NCBI GenBank assembly: GCA_001784175.1
Contig: MFPR01000022.1
Span: 1 to 35,200, forward strand
DNA: 35,200 nt
Direction of reading: 5' to 3'
DNA from: Candidatus Lindowbacteria bacterium RIFCSPLOWO2_12_FULL_62_27
GTDB lineage: Bacteria > Lindowbacteria > 2-12-FULL-62-27
Numbering within the stretch: the stretch's first letter is position 1; every line of letters starts with the position of its first letter. The position numbers were made by a program, and so were the translations under genes. The notes under the pieces were generated by a model. The model was not told where the DNA came from. It saw only the letters and a program-made list of their open reading frames with translations, and ran no database searches. This document shows, piece after piece, positions 17,345-26,830 of the stretch.

Positions 17345-18661
17345 TTAGATGAGCTGCCGTTCTTTGACGCGCAGATACGCGTTGAGGGTATCGGCACAGA
17401 TTCTCGAGGGGTCCGTGACGAGGAGGTCGACACCGAGCTGTTTGAGGTCGCGACGGATCCGGTCGATCTGCGTCAATCCCATCTGTCCCGCGAGACGTGC
17501 GTAGATTTCGCGCGCGTCGCCGGCCGGCGCCTCCTCAAAGAGGGGCCGGGCCCAGGCCGGCCGGAAGTGGATCGCCGCGCACAGGTGCTTGGGGCCGAGG
17601 ACCCGCAGGTTCTGCCGAAAGATCGCGCCGTGCGCAGGGTCGCTGAGGTCGGTGAAGAAAATGAGGAATGACCGCCGCCGGACCATCCGCCGGATGAAGA
17701 CCATCAGTTCCTCATAGGCCGGCGTCACGGCCGACGCCTCAAGGCCCGACACTCGCTCCCGCAGGCGTTTGAGATGCGCCGTGCCGCGCGCGGCCGGGAC
17801 AAATCCGTTGACGCGGTCGGAAAAATCGATGAGGCCGAACAGGTCGCCCTCGCGCTCGCAGCGGATCGCCAGGTGCAGCGCGGTTTCGGCCACATAGTCC
17901 AGACTGGACTTGTCGCCGTGCCGGACCCTGCCCAGCCTCGACGTGTCGACCGCCGCGTAAATCGTCTGCGTCCGCTCGATCCTGTAGAGCTTGGTGACGG
18001 GCCGGTCCAGCCGCGCCGTCGCCTTCCAGTGGATGTCCTGGTACGGATCGCCCGGCACATAATCGCGGAGCTGGTCGAACTCGCGCCCCTTGCCCGCCAG
18101 GTTCGCCCGGCGCGGCCCGGAGACGCTTCGGAGCATTCGGGACGAGTAGAGCGCCGCCGCCATGCGGCCGATGTCCGGATACACCGTGACCCGCGCGCCG
18201 ACCGTCGCCTTCCACCGCGCCCGCATGAGCCGCCAGGGCATGTCGGCCTCGAAGTAGATGTCGGACACGAGCGCCTTGCCGCGATCCACCGGCGTCACGT
18301 CAAATTCCAAGCGCGTCTCCGAGCCGGCCGGGAGCGTGACCGTCCGGATGGGATCATGCACGCCCAAGCGCGCGTCGGCGGCGAGACCCGCGCGCAGAAA
18401 GAGCGGGCGGGGGCCGGAATTTCTGATCAGGATCGCGAGCTTGTCCGGCCGGCACTGGAAAAAGCGCTGGTCGGGCGCCACCGCTCCAACGAACCGCGCC
18501 GGATTGGTTCGAAGCCATCCGTCGATCCACGCCGCAACGGCCAGCGCCGCCGCGCCCGCATACACGAGGACTTCGGCCCACGCCCCATGCGGCATGAGGA
18601 GCGCGAACGGCCCGAGGAGAAGGCCCAGCCGGAGAAGGCGGGGGGCGGGGAGGCGGCTCAC
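17345..18661 (-). CDS. DUF58 / vWA-like MoxR partner protein, 438 aa
   Basis: GREFDQLRDYVPGD..DIHWKATAR and AVDTSR. The GTG at 18661 overlaps the MoxR stop (GTGA); the track's extension to 19528 is a shadow of MoxR. Confidence 0.9.
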   Translation of the reverse strand: MSRLPAPRLLRLGLLLGPFALLMPHGAWAEVLVYAGAAALAVAAWIDGWLRTNPARFVGAVAPDQRFFQCRPDKLAILIRNSGPRPLFLRAGLAADARLGVHDPIRTVTLPAGSETRLEFDVTPVDRGKALVSDIYFEADMPWRLMRARWKATVGARVTVYPDIGRMAAALYSSRMLRSVSGPRRANLAGKGREFDQLRDYVPGDPYQDIHWKATARLDRPVTKLYRIERTQTIYAAVDTSRLGRVRHGDKSSLDYVAETALHLAIRCEREGDLFGLIDFSDRVNGFVPAARGTAHLKRLRERVSGLEASAVTPAYEELMVFIRRMVRRRSFLIFFTDLSDPAHGAIFRQNLRVLGPKHLCAAIHFRPAWARPLFEEAPAGDAREIYARLAGQMGLTQIDRIRRDLKQLGVDLLVTDPSRICADTLNAYLRVKERQLI

Positions 18662-19629
18662 CTGGGCACCGGACACGATTTGAGGATCTGGTCGAGGACG
18701 TCCGGGACCGTGAGGCCGTCGATTTCGTATTCGGGCCGAAGGACAATTCGGTGTTCGAGCGCGGGCCGGAACATCGACTGGATGTCGTCCGGCGTGACGA
18801 AGTCCCGGTCTCTCAGCGCCGCCGTCGCCTTGCTCGCATACAGGATCGACAGCGCCGCGCGGGGACTGGCGCCCAGCAGGATCGAGGGCGCCTTGCGGGT
18901 CGACGTGACGAGGCTGGTGATGTACTGGACAAGTTCCGGCGTGATGCCGATCGATTTCAGTCCGGCCTTGACCTGCTCCAGCCGCCCCTCGTCCATGACC
19001 GGCGCCGGAATCAGCCCGGCGATGTCGCGGTCCGGCTCGCGGCCCTGGTCCGCCAGATGGAGCAGTTCGGATTCCCGGTCGGAATCGGGATAGCTCATGG
19101 TGACCTTCATCAGAAACCGGTCTCTCTGCGCCTCGGGCAGCGGATACGTGCCTTCGAATTCGATCGGATTTTGCGTCGCGAAGACGGTGAAGTTCCGCGA
19201 GAGCTCGTGGGTCACGCCGTCGATCGATACCTGCCGTTCCTGCATGGCCTGCAGGAGCGCCGCCTGGGTCTTGGCCTGCGCGCGGTTGATCTCGTCGGCG
19301 AGGAGGAACGTCGAAAAGACGGGGCCTCGGACGAGATCGAACTCGCGCGTTTTCAGATTGAACACGCTGGTCCCTGTGATGTCGGACGGCATCAGGTCCG
19401 GCGTGAACTGGATGCGGTTGGAGGCGGCGCCGAACGCCCGGGCGATCGCCCGCACCAGAAGGGTCTTGCCGACGCCCGGCACGCCTTCGATGAGGGCGTG
19501 GCCGCCGCTGAAAATCGTGATCAGACACATCTCGATGGCGGTCTCCTGGCCGATCACCACCCGCGAAACGGCCTCGCGGGCCTCGCGGATGGCGCCTTTC
19601 ACCGCCTGCGCTTGTTCTTCAGAGGACAT
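18658..19629 (-). CDS. moxR: MoxR family AAA+ ATPase, 323 aa
   Basis: Walker A GVPGVGKT, RIQFTPDLMPSD, Walker B LLADEINR, ATQNPIEFEGTYPLPEAQ.DRF, GASPRA. RBS AGGAGA precedes ATG 19629. Confidence 0.95.
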   Translation of the reverse strand: MSSEEQAQAVKGAIREAREAVSRVVIGQETAIEMCLITIFSGGHALIEGVPGVGKTLLVRAIARAFGAASNRIQFTPDLMPSDITGTSVFNLKTREFDLVRGPVFSTFLLADEINRAQAKTQAALLQAMQERQVSIDGVTHELSRNFTVFATQNPIEFEGTYPLPEAQRDRFLMKVTMSYPDSDRESELLHLADQGREPDRDIAGLIPAPVMDEGRLEQVKAGLKSIGITPELVQYITSLVTSTRKAPSILLGASPRAALSILYASKATAALRDRDFVTPDDIQSMFRPALEHRIVLRPEYEIDGLTVPDVLDQILKSCPVPR

Positions 19630-20749
19630 GTCGTCTCCTTTCCTGAACGATGTTGTAAATGCGATTGTATGTATCACAAGTCTCGCGCTCCGCACGGCCC
19701 CCCGGAGCGCCTTCGGACGCCGCCCTCAGAGCCTGCCGGACCTCCGGGACGGCGGGGTCGTCTGGGTGACGGCGCGCCGCGATCCAGCGATCGACGCAAA
19801 CCGTGAGAAGTTCCCCGCGGGAAACCGTCTGCGTGAGGAGGTTGACGAATCCCTCGTGCGTGTCCTGGACCAGCCGGTGAGTCGGGCCAGTCGGCGGCGC
19901 CGGCATGAACGGCGGCACGGCCGACCAGAGGTACAAGAGCACCATCGCGGCGAGAAAAATCAAAAACGGCCGAAGCCTGTACTTGCCGAACAGCGCCGTC
20001 ACGCCCGTTCGCTGGATCTTCCCGTGATGGTATTCGTCGATCGACGCGCGCTTCCGGTCGCGCATGATCCACGACACCAGCCCGACCGGCCGGTGCCGGA
20101 ACAGGCCTTCGTTCGACAAAAGATAGGGCTCCGAACACGCGATCAGCTCGCCCCTCCCAACGCGCGCGCGCATCAGGACCGGGAACGTGTCCGACGCGAG
20201 GAGCGCGTCCGCCTGCGGCCAGAATCCCGAAAGGCGCCGCAGGCCCGGACTCCACATCGGCGTGTCGGCCGCGATCGCGCGCAGCGCTCCGATCGGCCGG
20301 ACGGGCTTCATGATCGGTCCCGTGTCGACTTCGGAATTCCATCTCACATAGATCCTGTAATCCGCCATGAGGGAGTTGTCGCCATCCGCGGTGACCACGA
20401 CGCGGCCGCCGTCGAGCAGAAACGCGCGGATGCGGGCAAGCTCCTCGGGGTCGAAATTCGAAAATCCCCACACGCGCGGCGACAGATAAAAAATCACCGT
20501 CTGGCCAGCGTCGGAGACGCCCTCCGGATCCAGCGGCGCCGTCAGCGTCTCCACCGATACGCCGCCGGATTCCAACGTTTCCCGCAGCGCCGAAGATCCC
20601 AGCGGGTCCGCGAGGAAGCTCGAGTAGGGCGGATAGACGTCGCCCGTGGAGAATTTGGCGGTCATGAGATGGACCGCGCCGGCGGCTGTCCCTGCGAGGA
20701 CCAGCGCGACCAGCGCGGCGGACGCCCTGCTACGCCGCACGGCCCGCAC
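19619..20749 (-). CDS. DUF4350-like membrane-anchored protein
   Basis: N-terminal TM segment, YSSF..DPLGS.AL, GGRVVV, LLSNEGL, IDEYHHG, second TM segment; occupies the usual position upstream of moxR. Confidence 0.75.
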   Translation of the reverse strand: MRAVRRSRASAALVALVLAGTAAGAVHLMTAKFSTGDVYPPYSSFLADPLGSSALRETLESGGVSVETLTAPLDPEGVSDAGQTVIFYLSPRVWGFSNFDPEELARIRAFLLDGGRVVVTADGDNSLMADYRIYVRWNSEVDTGPIMKPVRPIGALRAIAADTPMWSPGLRRLSGFWPQADALLASDTFPVLMRARVGRGELIACSEPYLLSNEGLFRHRPVGLVSWIMRDRKRASIDEYHHGKIQRTGVTALFGKYRLRPFLIFLAAMVLLYLWSAVPPFMPAPPTGPTHRLVQDTHEGFVNLLTQTVSRGELLTVCVDRWIAARRHPDDPAVPEVRQALRAASEGAPGGRAERETCDTYNRIYNIVQERRRHVL

Positions 20750-22613
20750 CCCCTTCCAAGACCGCCCGGGTCATGCCCCTGAACGACTCGAACGATTCCA
20801 GCGTGACGGGCCGGCCGCCGTACCAGACGCGTTCGAAGCGCAGGACCATTTCCGAAAAGGCGCCGGCCGGCGTCGGAGACGCCGGCACTTGGGGCGCCGG
20901 AGGCGCTGACCCGGCCCGCTCGGCCGCCGAAACGCCTCGCAGGCTGAATTCCCTCACATAGGCGAGGTTGGTCTTGTGCGGCTCAAACCGGATCAGGCCG
21001 AGTTCGTTGAGTTTCGACAGCGTCGCGAGAAACACGGCGCGGAGCGCCAGCGGAAGCCGGTTTTCCCTCAGCATCGACTCCGCCATCGCCATCCATTCGT
21101 CCAGGGCCAGTTGACGCGCGTCGATCCGGCTCGCTTCAAGGTCCGGCCCGGCGGCCGGCGGCGCGGTTGCGCGGACGAATTTTTTCCTCTGCCGGACGAG
21201 CAGGACGGCGAGTACGGCGGAGAGAACGAAAACGAACACGATGCCCGCCAGTTCCAGATAATAAGGGACTGCGGTCGGCGGGCTCGCCGGTCCCGACCGG
21301 TCGCGGAGGTTGAGGATCCACTCAAGAAGCCACCGGACGATTTTTTTCACCCCCCGGTTCAGCCACCGGACCGCCGCCTTGACGGGCCGGCCCAGCCACT
21401 CGAAGAGCGGCGCGAACAGGCCGTCCTTCCGGGCCGGTTCCGGCTCGTACGCCACGCGCCAGCGGTATTTGTCCGCGCGAAACACTTCGCTCATCGGGCC
21501 GCTGAAGTTGCGCGCGCCGGCCGGCGAATCCCCTGCGACCTGCTGCGATTCGTAGCGCACTCTTTGTTTGAGAAATTTGACAGTTTCCGGAGTCCAAGTG
21601 TCCGTCTGGAGCAGTTCGGGGATCCACCAAAGCTGCGCCGTGTCGGCGCGGCGGATTTCTTCAGCCCAGTATTTTTTCAAGAGCGGGACGTAGTAGTCCC
21701 GATGGCCCGCGCGGGTATCCTCCGGGCCGTCGAGAATCCGGCGGTCTCCAGCCGATGCGATCGAGGGAGCCATGACGAAAACAAGGACCGCCAGCGCCGC
21801 CAGCGCCAGCGCCCCACGCGCCGCTTTCACAGCCGACAGCCGCGCGAGGAGATCCGCGCCGCTTTTACGCGAGACGCTGCGGTAATGGAAAATCACGTAC
21901 CCGAGTTTGACGATCGGGTCGACGGCGAGGTAGGTGAATCCGAGCGCCAGCATGAGAAAGGTCGAGTTGAGCGTCGAAACGGGTGACTCGGAAAAGACGG
22001 TGTCGATGTTGAACAGCGTCTTCAGCAGCGCCGGAAGGATTTGGAACAGGAACGCCAGATTCACGAAGATCACAAGATACAGGAGACTCGCCAGGCTCCA
22101 GAACCCATGTTGCGCCCATACGCCCTCCATCGACATCTTGTACGCGCGCTTCAGCGCCGGTTTCCAATCGGCGGTTTTTTCTCCGGCCAGCACGAACAGA
22201 TGCTGGCACATCGCGCAGGTGACGCCGAACGTCACGAAGAGGAACGACGACAGAATCGATACCGGCAGCATGATCGACTGGACCGTACCGGCGACGACCG
22301 CCAGCCGGGCGATGCCCCCCGCGGACCACGCGGGCGGCGCGCCGGTAAGCTCGGCCACCGCCGACCGGCAGTAGATCGTCTGGCCGGCGGACTTGAGGCA
22401 GAAAAGTCCCGAGAGGACGAAGGCGCGCCTCGCGATCTCGCCGGGAATCACGAGGCCTTCCGAGAGGCTCGCGACGAATTCGATCGCGGCCAGCACGAAC
22501 GGCGCTGTGAACAGATAATAGATCCACGCGGGGCCCAAGAGATGCCGGCGGAACATCTGGCCGGCTTCGCCCAGAACGCCCGCCGCGCCCAGCCGTTGGT
22601 CTAGGGAAGCCAC
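20730..22613 (-). CDS. Multi-pass membrane protein with C-terminal DUF4129 domain
   Basis: Several hydrophobic helices; C-terminal ALRAVFLATL..L...GLI....KTN..Y.....FERVWYG. Start uncertain: GTG 22613 chosen because it overlaps the upstream stop. Confidence 0.75.
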   Translation of the reverse strand: MASLDQRLGAAGVLGEAGQMFRRHLLGPAWIYYLFTAPFVLAAIEFVASLSEGLVIPGEIARRAFVLSGLFCLKSAGQTIYCRSAVAELTGAPPAWSAGGIARLAVVAGTVQSIMLPVSILSSFLFVTFGVTCAMCQHLFVLAGEKTADWKPALKRAYKMSMEGVWAQHGFWSLASLLYLVIFVNLAFLFQILPALLKTLFNIDTVFSESPVSTLNSTFLMLALGFTYLAVDPIVKLGYVIFHYRSVSRKSGADLLARLSAVKAARGALALAALAVLVFVMAPSIASAGDRRILDGPEDTRAGHRDYYVPLLKKYWAEEIRRADTAQLWWIPELLQTDTWTPETVKFLKQRVRYESQQVAGDSPAGARNFSGPMSEVFRADKYRWRVAYEPEPARKDGLFAPLFEWLGRPVKAAVRWLNRGVKKIVRWLLEWILNLRDRSGPASPPTAVPYYLELAGIVFVFVLSAVLAVLLVRQRKKFVRATAPPAAGPDLEASRIDARQLALDEWMAMAESMLRENRLPLALRAVFLATLSKLNELGLIRFEPHKTNLAYVREFSLRGVSAAERAGSAPPAPQVPASPTPAGAFSEMVLRFERVWYGGRPVTLESFESFRGMTRAVLEGGAGRAA

Positions 22614-22912
22614 GGCAGCTTGCCGGCGTGGTAGTCCGGCGGGATCCAGGAGAGAATCTGGCCGGCGAAATAGAATAGGGTGTAGACGCCGAAAAGCCCC
22701 GCCCCCAGCATCGCGAGGCGGGCCGGCCACTCCCAAAGGCCCGCGCGGCGATCCGCCGGAGACCGAACCGCATCCATGCATGACCGGCACAGGAGCTGAT
22801 CATCGTGTTCGGTTACGCACTCCCGGCAATAATACCGCCGGCATCCCGGGCACAGCGCCGCCGCCGGGCGGTCCGGATGGAGTCGGCAGGACGACGCCGC
22901 AAGTTCCGTCAT
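22601..22912 (-). CDS. Small B-box zinc-finger protein with C-terminal TM segment
   Basis: CRLHPDRPAAALCPGCRRYYCRECVTEHDDQLLCRSC followed by a hydrophobic helix; ATGA coupling with the upstream gene. Confidence 0.8.
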   Translation of the reverse strand: MTELAASSCRLHPDRPAAALCPGCRRYYCRECVTEHDDQLLCRSCMDAVRSPADRRAGLWEWPARLAMLGAGLFGVYTLFYFAGQILSWIPPDYHAGKLPWLP

Positions 22913-23919
22913 GCGCGCTCCTGCGGCTGATTTGGCGCGTCCGGCGCGTCCGGGTCGCGCCGCGAGATCGCGCGGGCGACCGCGGCGCCGCAGAGAAGCA
23001 CGGCCAGCGCGAGATTACCCGAGAGCGGATGCATGACGCCGGCGTAGGCCGGATCGCGCGACATGCGAATCAGCACGTCCAGCTCGGAAATCCACGGCTT
23101 GGCCGCCTGCAGACTCTCCTTCAAGACGCCCTTGTAGTAAAAAAAGATCAGCGCCGCCATCGCCGCCGCGGCGGACAAACATCCGTACCAGCCGGCCGCT
23201 TTCGTCCACGGCGTCGACTCCGGAAGCTGGCGGAGCCGGAACATCACGAAGATCATGCCGGCCAGACTCAGGCAGAAGACAACGGGCGAGACCACAAAAA
23301 TTTTCGGGAAGAAAAATCCGGCCGACATGATCACCAGGTTTGGAACCGCCATCATCCACAGCGTCGCGTACAGCCACACGTCGGCCGGTTTCGGAGGCGC
23401 GGCGCCACGCGCGCCGGCGGCCCGGGAACGCGGAGAGGGCGAAAAGCCGGCGAACGAGACCGGCGCGAACGGCTCATGGGCCGGCATCGGGTCCGGCCAG
23501 GCGCCCTGGGCCTGCAGGACGGCGGCGGCGAGCGCGTCCAGAATTTTCCGGACCCGCCGCAGTCTCGACACGTGCGATATTTTTTCGGCGGAATTCGCCG
23601 TGCGGATCTCGAAGGTCGCCCGCGGGCCTCGCCAGAATTCCCACGCCAGACCCAGCGCGCCGGCCCCGAGCGCCCACGGACTGGTGAACACGCCGATCAG
23701 GAACACGCCGCCCCACACGCAGGGTTCGACCAGATAAAACCGCGAGCGCACGGCCACGAGACTCACGATGTCCTTGAAAAAAAACCGCTTCACCGTCATC
23801 GTGTATCCCGTGGTCCGCAGGACGGCCACGTGGTCTTCGAACTGATACATCGAAATCGTCTGGAAAAATCCGCGAAACCACGCCGTTCGGTTCCGGCGCC
23901 TCAGAAGATACTCGGCCAT
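22909..23919 (-). CDS. Hypothetical multi-pass membrane protein, 336 aa
   Basis: ATG 23919 overlaps the upstream stop (TGATG); several TM-like segments; translationally coupled on both sides. Confidence 0.7.
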   Translation of the reverse strand: MAEYLLRRRNRTAWFRGFFQTISMYQFEDHVAVLRTTGYTMTVKRFFFKDIVSLVAVRSRFYLVEPCVWGGVFLIGVFTSPWALGAGALGLAWEFWRGPRATFEIRTANSAEKISHVSRLRRVRKILDALAAAVLQAQGAWPDPMPAHEPFAPVSFAGFSPSPRSRAAGARGAAPPKPADVWLYATLWMMAVPNLVIMSAGFFFPKIFVVSPVVFCLSLAGMIFVMFRLRQLPESTPWTKAAGWYGCLSAAAAMAALIFFYYKGVLKESLQAAKPWISELDVLIRMSRDPAYAGVMHPLSGNLALAVLLCGAAVARAISRRDPDAPDAPNQPQERA

Positions 23920-24512
23920 CAGTCGCGGACCACCCGGCGGAGAATGAAATAGAACAGCCAGATCCATGCCGCGCAGAGGGCGAGGGCGAACAGGGCAGCC
24001 AGGTAAAACCGCCAGCGCAGGCGCGGCTGGATGCTCTGTCGCGGCGTGGACCAGTATTTGCAGATGTAGACGATCGTGAGAGGCGCGGTGATGATCGTGA
24101 ACGGCCACAGGAGGAGCGGCAGGACGGACATGGCGAGCGCGACCGAATCGTGCCGCGTTTCGTGATGTTTCAGCGTCTGAATCCGCCCCTGGCTGTCCAT
24201 CCGGCCGAAACAGGACGGGCAGTAGGTCCGGCCTTCCACGGAAAGTTCGCAGAGCGCGCAGAGGAACCGGCCGCACTGATCGCAGGCGGACACCGCCGGT
24301 TTCGCGTCGTGGTTGTAACAGACGGCCGCCGCGCCCGCGCCCGGCGGCGCGACTGACTCAGCGCCGGCGACCTCCGGCGCCGCAACCTGCGGGAACACCC
24401 GGCCGTGCAGCGGCGTTTCGCACGACACGCACGCGCCCTCGACAACGCCTCCGGCCCACACCGTTCCCCACGTCAGGGGCCTGTCGCAGCGCGGGCAGGT
24501 TACGGCCGGCAC
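23919..24512 (-). CDS. Zinc-ribbon + B-box membrane protein
   Basis: CPRC..CVSC, then CYNH..AVSACDQCGRFLCALC..YCPSC, then two hydrophobic helices. Confidence 0.8.
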   Translation of the reverse strand: MPAVTCPRCDRPLTWGTVWAGGVVEGACVSCETPLHGRVFPQVAAPEVAGAESVAPPGAGAAAVCYNHDAKPAVSACDQCGRFLCALCELSVEGRTYCPSCFGRMDSQGRIQTLKHHETRHDSVALAMSVLPLLLWPFTIITAPLTIVYICKYWSTPRQSIQPRLRWRFYLAALFALALCAAWIWLFYFILRRVVRD

Positions 24513-24534
24513 GAGTCAGACTCCGGCTGGATAA

Positions 24535-25074
24535 TTATTTTTGAATGACGATCGTTCCGCAGATGCGGTCGTGGAGCGCGCGTTTTTGCGGGTCCCAGCC
24601 GGCCATCATGTATCCGAAGAGGAGGGTGAGGGCCGACAGGATTTCCGAGAAGGCCCGGCCGGCGGCCTTGGCGTAGCTGATGGGCGTGCCGTCGGCGTTG
24701 ACGATCCTGGCGCCGATCATCATCTTGCCGGGCGTCGCGCCGTAGCGGCCGTTGAAAAAAATGGGATAGGAAAATCCGATGACCAGGCCGATCAGCATCT
24801 CGATGCCGACCACCGCGAAAGACTGGTTGCCTCCCGCCGCGACTCCCACCGCCACGCCGATGAGCATGCCGGCGACTTGGGTGATCAATCCGTCAACGAA
24901 CTTGGCGACGAACCGGGTCCAGAAACCTTTGTACTGAAACCCGCCGGCCGCCGCCGACCCTTCCTGCAGACGCTTCAGATAGCCGGGTTTGCAGCCGCCG
25001 CAGACGGTCACCCCCTGGATCGCCACGACGTTGTCCGGCAAAAAGTTCTGTCCGCATTCCGCGCATACCGCCAT
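24535..25074 (-). CDS. RDD family protein with N-terminal Cys4 zinc finger
   Basis: CAEC..CGGC, YKGFWTRFVAKFVD, GATPGKM, KRALHDRICGT; RBS GGGGAGG. Confidence 0.9.
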   Translation of the reverse strand: MAVCAECGQNFLPDNVVAIQGVTVCGGCKPGYLKRLQEGSAAAGGFQYKGFWTRFVAKFVDGLITQVAGMLIGVAVGVAAGGNQSFAVVGIEMLIGLVIGFSYPIFFNGRYGATPGKMMIGARIVNADGTPISYAKAAGRAFSEILSALTLLFGYMMAGWDPQKRALHDRICGTIVIQK

Positions 25075-25082
25075 TGCCCGCG

Positions 25083-25147
25083 CCTCCCCGGCTTTATGGT
25101 GAAATAAAACCCGATGGCATGACAGCAGACGGCGCCGTGGCTGTCAA
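25083..25147 (-). promoter_or_regulatory. Putative sigma-70 promoter and RBS for the nine-gene operon
   Basis: TTGACA (25147-25142), 17-bp spacer, TGTCAT (25124-25119); RBS at 25089-25083. Confidence 0.5.
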
Positions 25148-25158
25148 GTTGGGACCCG

Positions 25159-26604
25159 CTACGAAACGTCCACTTCCTTGAACTCGGCCGAGCCGACGCC
25201 TTTGCGCGTCGGGTTGAGGTAAAAGCGCGACGCGCTCTGCGCCTTGTCGATCGAGAGTGTCTGGTCGACGATGATGAGGTGCGTGCCCGGATAGATTTTT
25301 TCGCGGACGCTGACGAATCCCGGTTTGGCGGCGCCCGCCTGCTCCTGGAGGGTCGTCTGTTCGGCGAGGAGCTTTTTCAATTCGGCGCCGTGGGTTTGCG
25401 CGGCGGCGATCATCTGTCGAAGCTGGGTTTCCTTGTCGAGGGGAATCTGCCGCATCCGGGCGCGCAGTTTGTTGAGGGCCTCGACCGCGTGGATGTTCTT
25501 TTCGAATTCGGCCCTGTGCTCGTCGATCAGCTTCTGCACTTCCGCAAGTCTCGCGCGGAGCGCGGGATCGAGGCCGATTTCAACCTGCGTTTCGACGGTG
25601 ATCTCCGCGCCGATGGCCCGGGCCTCGATGCATCCGGCGGCCCGGATCTGGCCGCCGACGATACTCGCGTGTTTTCCGCCGCGCACGACGACGTGCTTGC
25701 CGGCGGTGACGTTGGCGTGCAGAATGATGTCGGCGACGATCACGCTGCCGCCGGCATGGACATTGGCGTTTTCGATGAACTTCGCGGTCACGTTGCCTTT
25801 GGCCGTCACATGAGTCTCCGGCGATCCGATGATCCCCCTTTCGACGACGACGTTGCGGCCGGCCTCCACGAAGGCCTTGGAGACGGACTGGACCACGACG
25901 TCGGCGGTGGCCTTGACTGTGAAGCCCTCGTGGATCGCGCCCTGGATGTTGATGGTTCCGTCGAAATCGATGTTGCCGACGTTGAAATCGACGTCGCCCT
26001 GGTGAACGAGGACGGCATCGACGGACAACACGGCGCCTTGAAGCGTCACGACGCCGGGTCCGGCGGCCGAAAAGCGCGCGCCGTCCTCCGAAACCGTCAC
26101 GTTCGGTCCCGCGGACAGCGCCGCCGCCTGGCCGGGGTTGGCGGGGATTTCCGAGCCAAAGACATCGGCGCCGTTTTCGCCCGGCGTGGGCGGGCGGCGC
26201 GTGGTGAGAAGCTCGCCGGATGTGGCGAAGTTGAGGGAGGAGTACTCCCGGAAGTCGACGCGGCCCTTCTCGTCTTCCGAAACTTTTTCCTCGGACTTTT
26301 GAAGGAAATGATGTTCCAGGGTCCCGTTCTCGCCGGCGCGGGGCGGCCGGCCGCGCACGATCACGAGGGGGCCGCCGAAGTTTCCCGCCTGCAAGTAGGC
26401 GCGCACGGCGTCGCCGTCCACGGATTTGATCCCCAGCTCCGACGCGCGGCCCAGGACCGCGTCCGAATCGACCGCCTTGCCGCCCGGATCGGGCGGCACG
26501 ACTTCAAGCGACGCCATCATCTTGTCGGGCGCCACGGTGACCTCAAACGTCCCGTCGCGCGGTACGCCTGACTTCGCGTCTTCGGCCTTCTGCTCCTCTG
26601 CCAT
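25159..26604 (-). CDS. fapA: FapA / DUF342 family protein (flagellar assembly protein A-like)
   Basis: V.VAPDKM.A, GRVDFRE, PPTPGENG.DVFG, GDVDFNVGNIDFDG, IVGG.I.A, coiled coil, IYPGT; RBS GGGGAG. Confidence 0.88.
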   Translation of the reverse strand: MAEEQKAEDAKSGVPRDGTFEVTVAPDKMMASLEVVPPDPGGKAVDSDAVLGRASELGIKSVDGDAVRAYLQAGNFGGPLVIVRGRPPRAGENGTLEHHFLQKSEEKVSEDEKGRVDFREYSSLNFATSGELLTTRRPPTPGENGADVFGSEIPANPGQAAALSAGPNVTVSEDGARFSAAGPGVVTLQGAVLSVDAVLVHQGDVDFNVGNIDFDGTINIQGAIHEGFTVKATADVVVQSVSKAFVEAGRNVVVERGIIGSPETHVTAKGNVTAKFIENANVHAGGSVIVADIILHANVTAGKHVVVRGGKHASIVGGQIRAAGCIEARAIGAEITVETQVEIGLDPALRARLAEVQKLIDEHRAEFEKNIHAVEALNKLRARMRQIPLDKETQLRQMIAAAQTHGAELKKLLAEQTTLQEQAGAAKPGFVSVREKIYPGTHLIIVDQTLSIDKAQSASRFYLNPTRKGVGSAEFKEVDVS

Positions 26605-26647
26605 GCGTGATCTCCCCGTCCAGTGATGGAAACTCTCCCCTTGAGAC

Positions 26648-26675
26648 TTTTCGGCAGAACGTGCGTTGGATATTA
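26648..26675 (-). promoter_or_regulatory. Putative sigma-28 (FliA/SigD) promoter
   Basis: TAAT-N16-GCCGAAAA, against the consensus TAAA-N15/16-GCCGATAA, about 45 nt upstream of fapA. Confidence 0.45.
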
Positions 26676-26781
26676 CAGCGCCGGAGAAGGCGGGAAAAGA
26701 CGGCGACCGTGGATCAGCAGGAGAATTTCGACGCGGCGGGATACGAATCGGTACGGGGAAAATGATTTCGCGTGACTTACC

Positions 26782-26830
26782 AATATTTTCTATTTGTCAT
26801 TTTCTATTGGCTATTTTCTATTTATCATTC
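26782..26830 (-). repeat. Seven tandem heptamers (AAATAGA-like) overlapping the 3' end of the four-helix gene
   Basis: Minus strand reads GAATGAT AAATAGA AAATAGC CAATAGA AAATGAC AAATAGA AAATATT. Confidence 0.85.

Noticed and set aside
18662-19528. Long N-terminal extensions in the ORF track (DUF58 to 19528, RDD to 16487, 22909 ORF to 24276, DUF4129 to 22790)
   Set aside because: They overlap upstream genes in another frame; shorter, translationally coupled starts fit better.
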